From positions 7,652,850-7,716,849 of the forward strand of contig NC_134029.1 of NCBI RefSeq assembly GCF_964204645.1: a stretch of DNA of 64,000 nucleotides, written 5' to 3'. Within the stretch, counting starts at the first letter, position 1. Each line of letters starts with the position of its first letter. The stretch comes from Tubulanus polymorphus (Eukaryota > Animalia > Nemertea). Shown here in pieces: positions 53,307 through 64,000 of this stretch. Position numbers and translations under genes: made by a program. The notes below the pieces were generated by a model. It was not told the origin of the DNA, made no database searches, and saw only the letters and a program-made list of their open reading frames with translations.

Positions 53307-53971
53307 ATGGCTGCATTTAACTAAGCATTTTCTATAGAAATCAATCTTTCTTTTTTGCGGGGCACGCGCATAGGAAGTTCACGAAGGCGTGTATAGAGAG
53401 CAGCCGACTGACACAGCAAACTAATCTCGATTAGATTATTCAAAGCCGGACGACACAAATTATCGGAAGACATTATCCGTGTAGACTTATCATCTAAAAG
53501 CTATCATTGCTGAGCTAGTTTAGGAATGCACTTAAGACTCATTAGCGACATTGGATGATGGACGATTGATCTTATGCTTGGGGAAATTTGATACACTCAG
53601 GATAATATGAACGTTTGATGAAAATTACAACTCGACGGTGGGTGGAGAAACATAGATTAGACAATAGTGCACTAGACGACGGAACATGCATCCCATCGTT
53701 TAATCGCAGTCCACGCAGTTTACTATGGTTTAAACGCACGCACCGGTAGGCGAATGAAATTGATTGCTATACCAGCGGTAATACGGCTTCAGAGATTTAA
53801 TAAACTGACAAACGATAATTATTTCTGTCTAGAATTCGTCCGACATGTTATACCGTTTCCAATAAGGCGGTGTAAGGTATTAGTCGGGATTTGGAAACCG
53901 GGTTATGCGAATATTCTAGATTTTCAACGTTCGGTGGCAAAATTAATGTCCACGTTTGATTGGACCCTCTT

Positions 53972-54142
53972 TATGGTGGTGGCCGATTCGGGCCATAAAA
54001 TTATTTTTCACATTGGCCCATATTTTAATTTTTTTCGCGCGAGAATAAAAAAAATGGGCCAATGTTAAAACAGAAAAAAATTGTTCTTGCCTTTTTCAGT
54101 TGTACAGAATTTTTTTTAGTATGGCCCGAATCAGCCACCATA
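53972..54142. mobile_element. Foldback MITE with nested inverted repeats
   Basis: Outer arms tggtggccgattcgggccata / tatggcccgaatcagccacca; inner arms acattggcccat / atgggccaatgt around tcgcgcga. Confidence 0.8.
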
Positions 54143-54580
54143 GCTCTTCGTTCGTCCTTCTTGTTTTCATATTTTATGCACAATCGGGGACACTTCCTAA
54201 ATGAATTCATGTAACTATAATTTACATTGTCTCCTCTTACACTCTCAACGTTGAATGATGGAAATGCGTCTTGCCGGCATTTTCTGCAGTGTAAATCGTG
54301 TTCTGAATATATTCCCTGGTGCTCGCTTAACCCGCCGTAACCGGACGTGAAGTGGTAATTCAAATCCTCATTACTGCTATCCCCGGACAGTATCCAACTC
54401 GATTTAGTTCCCCCCGGGGGTATTTTTCTGTACCGTCTACGTCGTAACAAAACCGGCTTTACGCGACTTAGAAAAAAAACGAAAACTAAATTCCAGATTT
54501 GATCTATCCAATATCGGGAACGTATATAGGTCTTTAATCAAGACGCGTTTGTCATGCCGGTAAAGAAACCCCGTACTTAC

Positions 54581-54746
54581 GAGTATTGCCGATGATCTCG
54601 AGTGTTTTCCATATGAAATCGAACGAGCCTTCGGCTTCGTTATTAGCCTCTTGTATTTGTAACATGACCGACCCGTATGATGGCTGGTCGAGACTGTAAT
54701 CACCCGAGAGGTCACTAGGACATAGACTTTTCTCGTCATCGTGCGG
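54581..54746 (-). CDS. TMEM272: TMEM272-like exon (N-terminal cytoplasmic region)
   Basis: atttcag|PHDDEKSLCPSDLSGDYSLDQPSYGSVMLQIQEANNEAEGSFDFIWKTLEIIGNT|gtaagt; phase 0-1, in frame with the 51619 exon; this frame is not in the supplied ORF track. Confidence 0.85.
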
Positions 54747-55041
54747 CTGAAATTAGAACAAACAATAATTTCATTCATATGCCAGCGTTTGCTGCTGGGG
54801 AGAACAACGACGATTTCCGATGCCTCCAGAGGCAAATTCCGTCCGCGTCAATCGATCGTGACGTCTTGTCACTTCCGGTAAAGAGACTTGTTTTCGAAAT
54901 GCTATCCAGCGATATCCGAATAGATCCGTTCTGTGTTTTAAGGTGTTCAAATATACAAATGCATATGTTTTTAAGCCTAGAACGTCAATTTTTGAAGCGT
55001 TGTAGAATTTGTAATTATCACGTATGATGTTTGTTTCTTAC

Positions 55042-55101
55042 GTGATCTTTCGGAGCCTCATGCCCGCGGAGAATATGCAGCTCTACCCACCCAGAGAACA
55101 T
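55042..55101 (-). CDS. TMEM272: Tentative first coding exon of the TMEM272-like gene (MFSGWVELHILRGHEAPKDH)
   Basis: ATG, 20 open codons and CAC|gtaaga phase-0 donor matching the 54746 acceptor; no homology support. Confidence 0.5.
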
Positions 55102-55534
55102 GTCCGTGTTGACTAGTCAATCACCCACCCCCGCCAGTTGCAATCAGGAAAGTGCTCATTACCCTACTGCAAATATCAGTTTGTTCCTAACAGGTTTTAG
55201 CAACATGTGCCTCAAATTGATTGAGTATCTGTTTCAATCACAGTTGTGGTCAGTTTTTGCGTTGGTTGACATTTGATAGTGTTATTTCTCACTCCGTTTC
55301 TCCTGAGTTGATCAATAGTTTTTGTTGTGGCTACCCAACACGCTCTTGGTCTGCAATCTCATCAAATATTAGCTTCCTACACTGACAACAGATGGGACGA
55401 TTTTCTGAAGCTACTTTATACGTTTGTAGCGAAAGCCCGTGCGTCAAATAAAATAGTTAACCTATATAGTACTACTCACGAAACACTCGGTACCGTATAC
55501 TACGGAAGCATCCTGGGGACATATCAATCAAAAA

Positions 55535-55960
55535 TAATTTTTCGAGGTTTATTCCGAGTTTGCAACTCGGAATAAACTAGTTTTTTTCTCAGTTAAATGC
55601 GATTTTCGAGGTTAATTCCGAGTTTGTAACTCGGAATAAACTAGTTTTCTCACTTAATTGTGATTTCTGGAGGTTTATTCCGAGTTTGCGACTCAGAATA
55701 AACTAGTTTTCTCAGTAAAATGCGATTTTTGAGGTTAATTCCGAGTTTGTAACTCGGAATAAACTAGTATTCTCAGTTAAATGTGATTTTTGGAGGCTAA
55801 TTCCGAGTTTGCAACTCGGAATAAACTAGTTTTCTCAGTTAAATGCGATTTTGTGAGGTTAATTCCGAGTTTGTAACAAGGAATAAACTAGTTTAACTAC
55901 ATTTAACTGTGAAAATTAGCTAATTCCGAGTTGCAAACTCGGAATTAATCTCGAAAATTA
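55535..55960. repeat. Palindromic ~62-bp tandem array: 6 direct units plus 1 inverted unit
   Basis: Unit gaggtt(t/a)attccgagtttg(c/t)aactcggaataaactagttttctcagttaaatg(c/t)gatttt; the terminal unit at ~55900-55960 is reverse-complemented. Confidence 0.95.
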
Positions 55961-58546
55961 CGCGTCAGTAGTATACATTCATTTCACCTTTTTCTAAAAA
56001 AGTGACTCTTGGGGTCAGGGTGTACATGGTGCTTCACCTGATGTTCAACCGCTATTACTTGCCATAATAAGTGTTTCATCAAAAAACGAAGAAACACCGT
56101 CCACGGCATTATGTTATCATTATCGGGGAAACAGAAGAATATAACGGTTTTTGTAAAGACCTCGTGTCATGTAGGCCTACTATCGATATTCTTACCGTTT
56201 AATTCACACAAAACTGTACCGGAGAATAAACAGTTCCACCATCGGTAATCATTACACGCAAAAATGAAAAACAACATCAACAGCTCCGCTCTGTTCATCG
56301 ATTCGTCAAAGCGAAAATCATTAGAAAGAGAAAATCAGTTGGAGCTCTATAAGCTCCCCCGGCTTGATGCTCGAAGAGGCTTTATACAGCCAGAGACGCG
56401 GGTATGTGGATTTTGATTAACATTCCCTGGTGCCTACAGGTATATTTATCTGTATAATTACGAATATGGATGATGCGAACGCTGAGCAGATTATAGACAC
56501 TCTAATCCGCTAATTACGGCGTTCAAAAGCTGCCCGAAGATGGTGTTATGCACTCTGTGATGTACTTTGAAATCAAGAACTAAAACTTGAAACAATGGAT
56601 ACGTATTGTGATTCTACTTTATCATGTTCCACCGCTCAAAAATTAAACGAGCTTCAATCGAAATGTTAATCTTTGTTACAATATATAGATCTAACCAAAA
56701 ATGCATATGTATTTTTGATATAACCTGTTGGTCCCATCTAAGGGTTTCAGCATTAAGATTATTGCTATATTGCGTCCAATAAAAAAGTGAAAACATTGCG
56801 TTAATGAACTAACCATAAAGGCTCGATCTGCAGCATTTCATTGGTTGTCATAATACCACAATCAAAACAAGACAGTCAAACGTTTTATGAGAAAGTAACG
56901 CATTGATCATAACCTATAATTTGGTTAGAGGACGTTACCTCAAGACCCTAGCTTAATATACATACACGGACTTGATTCTAGATTTAAAGGAGGTCCGAAG
57001 TTCCTTTCGCCCCGGTTGATGATGGATAGAGGGAACCTAATGGTAAAACCATCTTCCATAATATGTAACAATCAATGGCTTGCAATTAAATGCTAAGACG
57101 TGTACACGCGAAACCGAACCGAATCGAACAATATCATCAATAATTGACCGACCGAAACGATAAGGAATATAACAGCGACAATCATCAATTCGGCGTAGAA
57201 TAATGGAATTCTTGAATATCGTGCGGCGTGGTGCCCGCGTCCTCATCGCCCATTGTTCTCGGCCCCTTCCGGTGGCAGTGTACGAGCCGTACAACCAATA
57301 AAACGATCTGAATGGCCATCGCTGGATTCCGCTGACGATATTACAGCGGCTGTAACTGATCCGTCCACTTCAACATATCTGTAGCATTACTTTATCTATT
57401 ACAGGCGACTCGATGCTCGCATATTGTAATTGCGTTTGCAGTCCTTGAGATCGGTCTGCGTTAAGTCGGCAAATACTAATACAAACTGTCCACAATTCCG
57501 AGCAACTTTCACTAATATACTTCTTCTTCTTCGATGAATCGCGTTTTCTCGATCTTAAAATAGGTATTGACCCGGTTACTTATTTGTTTGGTAAATTTCG
57601 TTTGATTTTTTGATTGAGTGTCCCTTGCAGACCCATCACACCTACCGGGAGCGAAACAGGGGGTTTGATTTTGAAATCGGAAGTACAGATATAGCTGTGT
57701 GGTCGAGTTTACAGAATTTTTGTTTGAATCGAGGTACATGATTGGGAAATTCGGTTCCGGTTCATTCAAACAATCTTCCAACCAGTCTGAACAGGCAAGC
57801 GACTGATTGGGGTTAATCTTTCTGTGCTGCCTAATTAATACATCGAAATTTTGGAAATAGCTATATTACAAGGTTGACGATCATTTCGGTGTCACTAGTC
57901 TGAGTCTGATAACGAGAAGCCTTTATCGTCGCCCACGCGAGTCGCGTATCGACCTTTTCCGGTCTGTAATGGAGTGTGTAACCTCCCCCGCGAAGACAGC
58001 GCCTCTACACCGTATCTAATCATTTGCGACGCGCTCAAGGGGCAGTTGCAATTTGCTGCTCGTCGTCTCGGCGATAGCCGGCGAAATATCTTGGCCTACT
58101 TGTGACCGATGTCATCTCAGTGCAGTTCAAAAGGTCCAGTCGACTGACCGATCGGTCGTTGCGTCGGTCCGTTGTGTCTGTAGGTAGACGGATGGAACTG
58201 TCGAATACTTTTCCGTCCGACTTCCTCCGATGACAACGGAATTCATTCGATTGGACTGCGGAGAAATGCACGTTAGTCATCAGATTCAGAGTGGCGGAAA
58301 ACAAATTAAATCCGTTTGCCGATTCTCGACTGGTTGCCCAGGTCGATATCAATTCTAGAAGGCAACTAATCACTGACAAATGATTTGGCTTTCGGCAACC
58401 GTAAGAAAGGTCCCGAAGCGTCGTAGAAATAAGACGTGTTGTATCATTGCTTGACTTCGCATAGACCCACGGGTAAGCGAAGATGTGTTGATGAAAAATA
58501 CCATTAGTAATGAGCGATGTAGGCTTGCAAACTCCCGAGAGGATTT

Positions 58547-59182
58547 CTCCCTCTCTCCCTCTCTCCCTCTCTCCCTCTCTCCCTCTCTCCCTCTCTCCCT
58601 CTCTCCCTCTCTCCCTCTCTCCCTCTCTCCCTCTCTCCCTCTCTCCCTCTCTCCCTCTCTCCCTCTCTCCCTCTCTCCCTCTCTCCCTCTCTCCCTCTCT
58701 CCCTCTCTCCCTCTCTCCCTCTCTCCCTCTCTCCCTCTCTCCCTCTCTCCCTCTCTCCCTCTCTCCCTCTCTCCCTCTCTCCCTCTCTCCCTCTCTCCCT
58801 CTCTCCCTCTCTCCCTCTCTCCCTCTCTCCCTCTCTCCCTCTCTCCCTCTCTCCCTCTCTCCCTCTCTCCCTCTCTCCCTCTCTCCCTCTCTCCCTCTCT
58901 CCCTCTCTCCCTCTCTCCCTCTCTCCCTCTCTCCCTCTCTCCCTCTCTCCCTCTCTCCCTCTCTCCCTCTCTCCCTCTCTCCCTCTCTCCCTCTCTCCCT
59001 CTCTCCCTCTCTCCCTCTCTCCCTCTCTCCCTCTCTCCCTCTCTCCCTCTCTCCCTCTCTCCCTCTCTCCCTCTCTCCCTCTCTCCCTCTCTCCCTCTCT
59101 CCCTCTCCCTCTCCCTCTCCCTCTCCCTCTCCCTCTCCCTCTCCCTCTCCCTCTCCCTCTCCCTCTCCCTCTCCCTCTCCCT

Positions 59183-59235
<53 letters not shown>
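58547..59235 (+). repeat. Compound pyrimidine microsatellite (CTCTCCCT)n-(CTCCCT)n-(CT)n, ~690 bp
   Basis: Directly visible; explains the ORFs at 58485-59277. Confidence 0.98.
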
Positions 59236-59241
<6 letters not shown>

Positions 59242-62160
59242 TCTCCTTCTCTCTGAAAAGAGTACGGCGTTGATCACGGTTGGATAGTGCGATAAGCAGA
59301 AATGATTTCATCTAAAAAGAAAAAACGACAGCGATACATCGCAAAGATTAGAGGTCCCGCCTTTTCGACATTCATCCGTGCGGTAGAGCAATTAGCCGAT
59401 CGTGTATCGTCTAAAATGGTGCAGCCCACAGCACACCGCCTTCGCATAGGTTTTTTCGACGATCTTATATCCGACCAAACCAAGTAGAATAAGAGACAAA
59501 AGACTTATTCCCCTTTCGAGCGGTTGTAAATATTCATTTCATATCACAAATATTTTCAATGTTGTCTGGACGAACTCGACGACTGGATTTCTCACAAATG
59601 GTGGTCTCTAATCTGTATTGTAATATCTGTTCACGTGCTTTTTTCGATACAGCAACTCAAATTTGTACCGGGTTAGAATTGATGGGACGTCGTGTGGATA
59701 CAGGTCGGGGGCCTTTATTGGAACCAGGGTTGTATGATTTGTAACTACATTTTGTGTACTTTAAGTGGATACTCAAAAACGATTATCTACCAGTTCGAAC
59801 AGTGATAAACGCTCCAAAAGCCTCATCGAAAAACTCAACTCCATAAATCTTTGTTTCTACTTGACATTGGTTTCGGATGTGTCAGGAGCGAATATGAACG
59901 AGTTTATTTATAACAAGCAGAAAATGAAGTCGAATTCTAACCAATGCATCAGTATGTCATTTAAATGTAAAATACACGATGGAGTTTTGCGGATGATACA
60001 GGTAATGACGAGACACTTTCTTGTATGACGATGTAATTACGCAGATTTATTGACATATTCGACTTTCCCTAAAACGATTCATAAAAGACCAAAACCAAGT
60101 CCACTGGACTCATCTCGTGAACGGGCGCAAGTTCTTCATCGCTTACTTTCGCTAAAATTTGTGCCCGCGAAAATAAGAGCAAGAATTATGTCTTCTCGGC
60201 ACTTACCTGTCTTTTCAATTTGGTTCTTATTCGATTCTTTTGTATCTGAAGTTCTTTGGTCAGCGAATAGATATTTATTCCAGTATTCGGAGCGCTTCCG
60301 TCTGTAGACGAAGCTAATGTCTGGTACTGCGACATGTCCCGTATTTGTCCGTTTCTTGGCGTTTAAACAAATATCAAAAGATGTTCTTTCAGTCGGAATT
60401 TTTTTTCTTGTCAATTAATTACGATTCAGTATCCTAGAATTCCAGGCTTCTTAAAATATTTCTAATTAATCGCTTTAGTTCTTGCGATGCTCTAGAGAGT
60501 CGCGGCAATATTCCGAATGAAGAGATACTTGCATAGCTGGTGACCATGCGCGTTGAGGGATAGCTGCCGAATGCCGAGAGAGTTTCTGCCGCCACCGTGC
60601 GCTCTATCGCTTTTCTGATTCAGATCAAATATTGGACTTCGTTAATTATGTGTCGCTGCTCTCATAAGTTGCAAAAGTTGAATGCGACACCAGATATCAG
60701 ACGAATCGATAGTTTAATATGGCTGATCAAAGCGTCACGCTATTTCGCCGAGGTATACGTGTAGACGCGGCCCGCGGTCGAGAAAAGTAATGGCATAAAG
60801 TATTAAAAGTGCCATCGTATACCACCGCTTCTCCCCGCATTAATAACCAATCATATATCGTGCTGTTGCTACAACGTCACTTCCTGTTCGGCGAATACTT
60901 CTCCGGATCAATTTTACAATTAGTATTCAATAGTACGACTGAAGTTTCGCCTCTTGTCGTACTCTATCACCATCACAGAACTCCTACTGATTATCCCATG
61001 CAGTGCTGCGCTGATTAAATGGCCACAGATTTCCGTAAATTTGGGGAGTTACAAAAGATACCATTGATTACGCACTGTAACAGGCGTATTTGATTAGAAA
61101 GAATTATTTTCGATAATTTTCAAAGGAGCCAATTCGAGAAATGAATGAAAATATTCTTCATAAGGTGGGCAATATTCCACATTCCTCGATGTCGATTTCT
61201 TTATATCCACACGCTACCCAGTTCAATACCACGGGGAGGTTCCATTGAATGACTAGGAAATAACTGCCAACGTTTTAATATCGACTTTTATCTTACGAAG
61301 TGGCAACGAGCTTCGGATTACGGGCCGTCGCTCGGTCGCTGTTCGGCAATTTCCGTACTGTCGGAAACACTCGTCAACGTCAAGCCAATTCTAGGCAAAC
61401 AGGTAAATTAGATTCCGTCATTTGATTAACCGGGCAACCAATTACAAGTTCGCCGGTCTATCTATAAGCCATCATTTCTGGTTGCAAAAAACGACTTGTT
61501 TGTATCTGAGTATTCCGATGATGAGATGATAGAAGAATCCCGCGATATCGAAAACTTCGTATGATCGGTTATAAGGGCACCGAAAAATCCGATGGTCATG
61601 ACTCGGTTCAGCTTGACACGACTTTCATCACAGCCATGCAGAAGTGAAGTGTTGGGAGTAGGTAGTCGCCGACTCGAATGATATATCGAATGGCGCCGTG
61701 AAGAAAGCGCGCGGCATGTGACAGCAACGGTTCCTTCGTTCTACGACCTTCTACTAATAAATCGATACCCGCTAGACACGACGGCTGCTTGCCAATCTTT
61801 CAAACAGGTGTATCCTCAGGGATTGTACGTGCTATACTCCCTGTTGACCATATTACAAGGTCCGGTGAAACCTGGAATTCAATCATAACCACCTGCCGTT
61901 GCGTCAGATACGTAAAACCGATCTAGAATTAATCAGGGATAACGTATATGCATAATTCAATAAAATGCGAACTTTTCACTATAAATTGAGCATGTTGAGG
62001 AGATCTGTAACGTGAATTTCGTGATGTTATTGAACGAATTTGTGACTTTAATTTGAGCAAATTTCATTTCATCTTAATAGCAGGATGTTAAGGTGCGAAT
62101 GTGCGTATTCGAGAGTGGCGCTATAGGAACTAAGAAACTACTTGCAAACTACTTGAAACT

Positions 62161-62460
62161 ACGAACGAACGAACGAACGAACGAACGAACGAACGAACGA
62201 ACGAACGAACGAACGAACGAACGAACGAACGAACGAACGAACGAACGAACGAACGAACGAACGAACGAACGAACGAACGAACGAACGAACGAACGAACGA
62301 ACGAACGAACGAACGAACGAACGAACGAACGAACGAACGAACGAACGAACGAACGAACGAACGAACGAACGAACGAACGAACGAACGAACGAACGAACGA
62401 ACGAACGAACGAACGAACGAACGAACGAACGAACGAACGAACGAACGAACGAACGAACGA
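62161..62460 (+). repeat. Perfect (ACGA)75 tetranucleotide microsatellite
   Basis: 300 bp uninterrupted; explains the TNER/RSFV ORFs. Confidence 0.98.
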
Positions 62461-64000
62461 GCAACAAAGCGGAAATTCGGCTTACTTGGCATGAAAGAAT
62501 GACCAGAAAGTACCATGAACAAAACGCTAAAGAAATCTAATATAACAGAGGTCGTCGAGTTGGTAAGAACGGCGGGAAACAATGCCAGAAGCCACCACAG
62601 TACCGGAGTAGTATCTGAGAAATTGCGATCTCTTTATACATGCTTTTTTCGGGTACAATCAAATACGATGACGTGATAGTCGAAAGAAAGCTATAAACAG
62701 GGACCGAGTAACAGAATGTATTTAGCGTACAAAAGGGGAAAGTAGGTCAGGGAAATGAGACTGGCCTGCATGTTAAGATATTATGAGGCAAAGCTGGGAG
62801 CCGACAGTCTCTAGTTGAAAATATCAAATTAACAATGAATGAATAATATATAAAACCACTCGAAATGTGACCAAGATGACCAAAAGCGTAGTTGATTGAT
62901 TGCTTGTAAAACCTCATGTTACAACCCGCGTAGGTTGCATTACTGTAGTTAAAGTGTCTGCCATATGTTAATAGAAATAACGTTTCAGTTAATCAGGATG
63001 CCACGTCTCACTGAAACTCTACGACAGCACAATCACCAAACCGTCGGAAATCATCGCACATCATCTCAGTCGTGCAAACTTCCAGCAGATAAAAGTTCAC
63101 GTCAGTGCGATCTAATAAGAAATTACGGGCACACACCTATTACGTAGATTGCATATCTAACCAAACGACTGACTGTCACTGAGAGAGGGGGAGGGGGACG
63201 GAAATAATGATTCTACTTTCATAAACGGCCAGGTTGTGTGAAGTGGCGTCGGTATCGTGTTGAAGTACCGGTGCTTTGGTCGCCGACTAATTTATATAAT
63301 AGCCCCCACTCCATTACTTGGCAAATGAACAGCGCCTACTTGGAATAGTAGAGCTGTAAATATGCATATGCGTATACAAACTATACGCACCAGGGGTGTT
63401 TCAGAAAAATATTAAGATGATTGACCATAAACAATGTCGCCGTTATGACATAAATTCTACAAACGTTTTTCATCGGCATACTTTAATCTGTTTCCGAATC
63501 AGAGAATGCGAAAAAGTATTTTGCCGATTTTCACCATGTCGACGTTTAACTGTTTTTCCTGGCAGGGACTAGAATCTGATTGGGGATTCTACATAACATG
63601 TTGCGCAAGATGAAATATCATCTGCCGCATTTCTTTATTGATAAAACACTGAGACAAAAAACAAACAAACAAAAAATCTATTCCAATAAAGAATCGAGCG
63701 ATATAGAACGCTGCGATCAGATTTGTCGGTTCTATCGTACATGAGATATTGATATGGTCTCAGTTCACAGGGGGGAAATCTGTATTTTTTCTGCGCTCGC
63801 ATTTGAGATCGGAAAAAAACCTCCCAGACGTCATGTAAAAAGCGGGTCTGCAGTCGGAGACGCCCACTGTTCGTTAGAAGCCGAGTTTACTAAGCGTATG
63901 ATTTATGGTCGTTCGATTTGTCTTTCTTTTCTTTTGCAATAAAGGATGATACGCACCGTGTCTTCCTCCCAGTATATTCTCCAGTAAATCATTAAATCTT

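Noticed and set aside
53075-53320. 81-aa SSRPVVQ repeat ORF
   Set aside because: Translation of an 8-bp minisatellite, antisense within a TMEM272-like intron.
55535-55960. CRISPR array
   Set aside because: Linkers are near-identical rather than unique spacers, there are no cas genes, and the context is eukaryotic.
58035-59277. ORFs of 248-400 aa
   Set aside because: Mostly the CT microsatellite; the unique tail contains an intron-like branch point and acceptor and no recognisable domain.
62093-62582. TNER/RSFV repeat ORFs
   Set aside because: Translations of (ACGA)n.

Overview
This is AT-rich eukaryotic (metazoan, probably invertebrate; taxon is inference) genomic DNA with GT-AG introns. 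I found no operon, rRNA, intact tRNA or CRISPR array. One gene is clearly recognisable: a spliced TMEM272-family membrane protein on the minus strand (exons 55101-55042 [tentative], 54746-54581, 51619-51560, 50716-50271; 243 aa if all four are used). Most of 1-48000 looks like the 5' region of a large minus-strand gene whose shared exons probably lie beyond the left edge. Several separate ATG-initiated exons ending in phase-0 donors (45548, 23009, 14813, weaker 28269) and a candidate 21-nt microexon (43438-43418) suggest multiple promoters with swappable N-termini. The rest is dense in non-autonomous transposons: about 11 copies of a PIF/Harbinger-like MITE, a relic of a related element carrying a Myb/SANT fragment, TTAA-flanked piggyBac-like MITEs, hAT-like and foldback MITEs, RTE/L2 LINE 3' ends and long microsatellites. 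A palindromic ~62-bp array with dimeric higher-order structure lies at 55535-55960. Most ORFs in the supplied track are spurious or microsatellite translations. All coordinates were read by eye; repeat edges are approximate.
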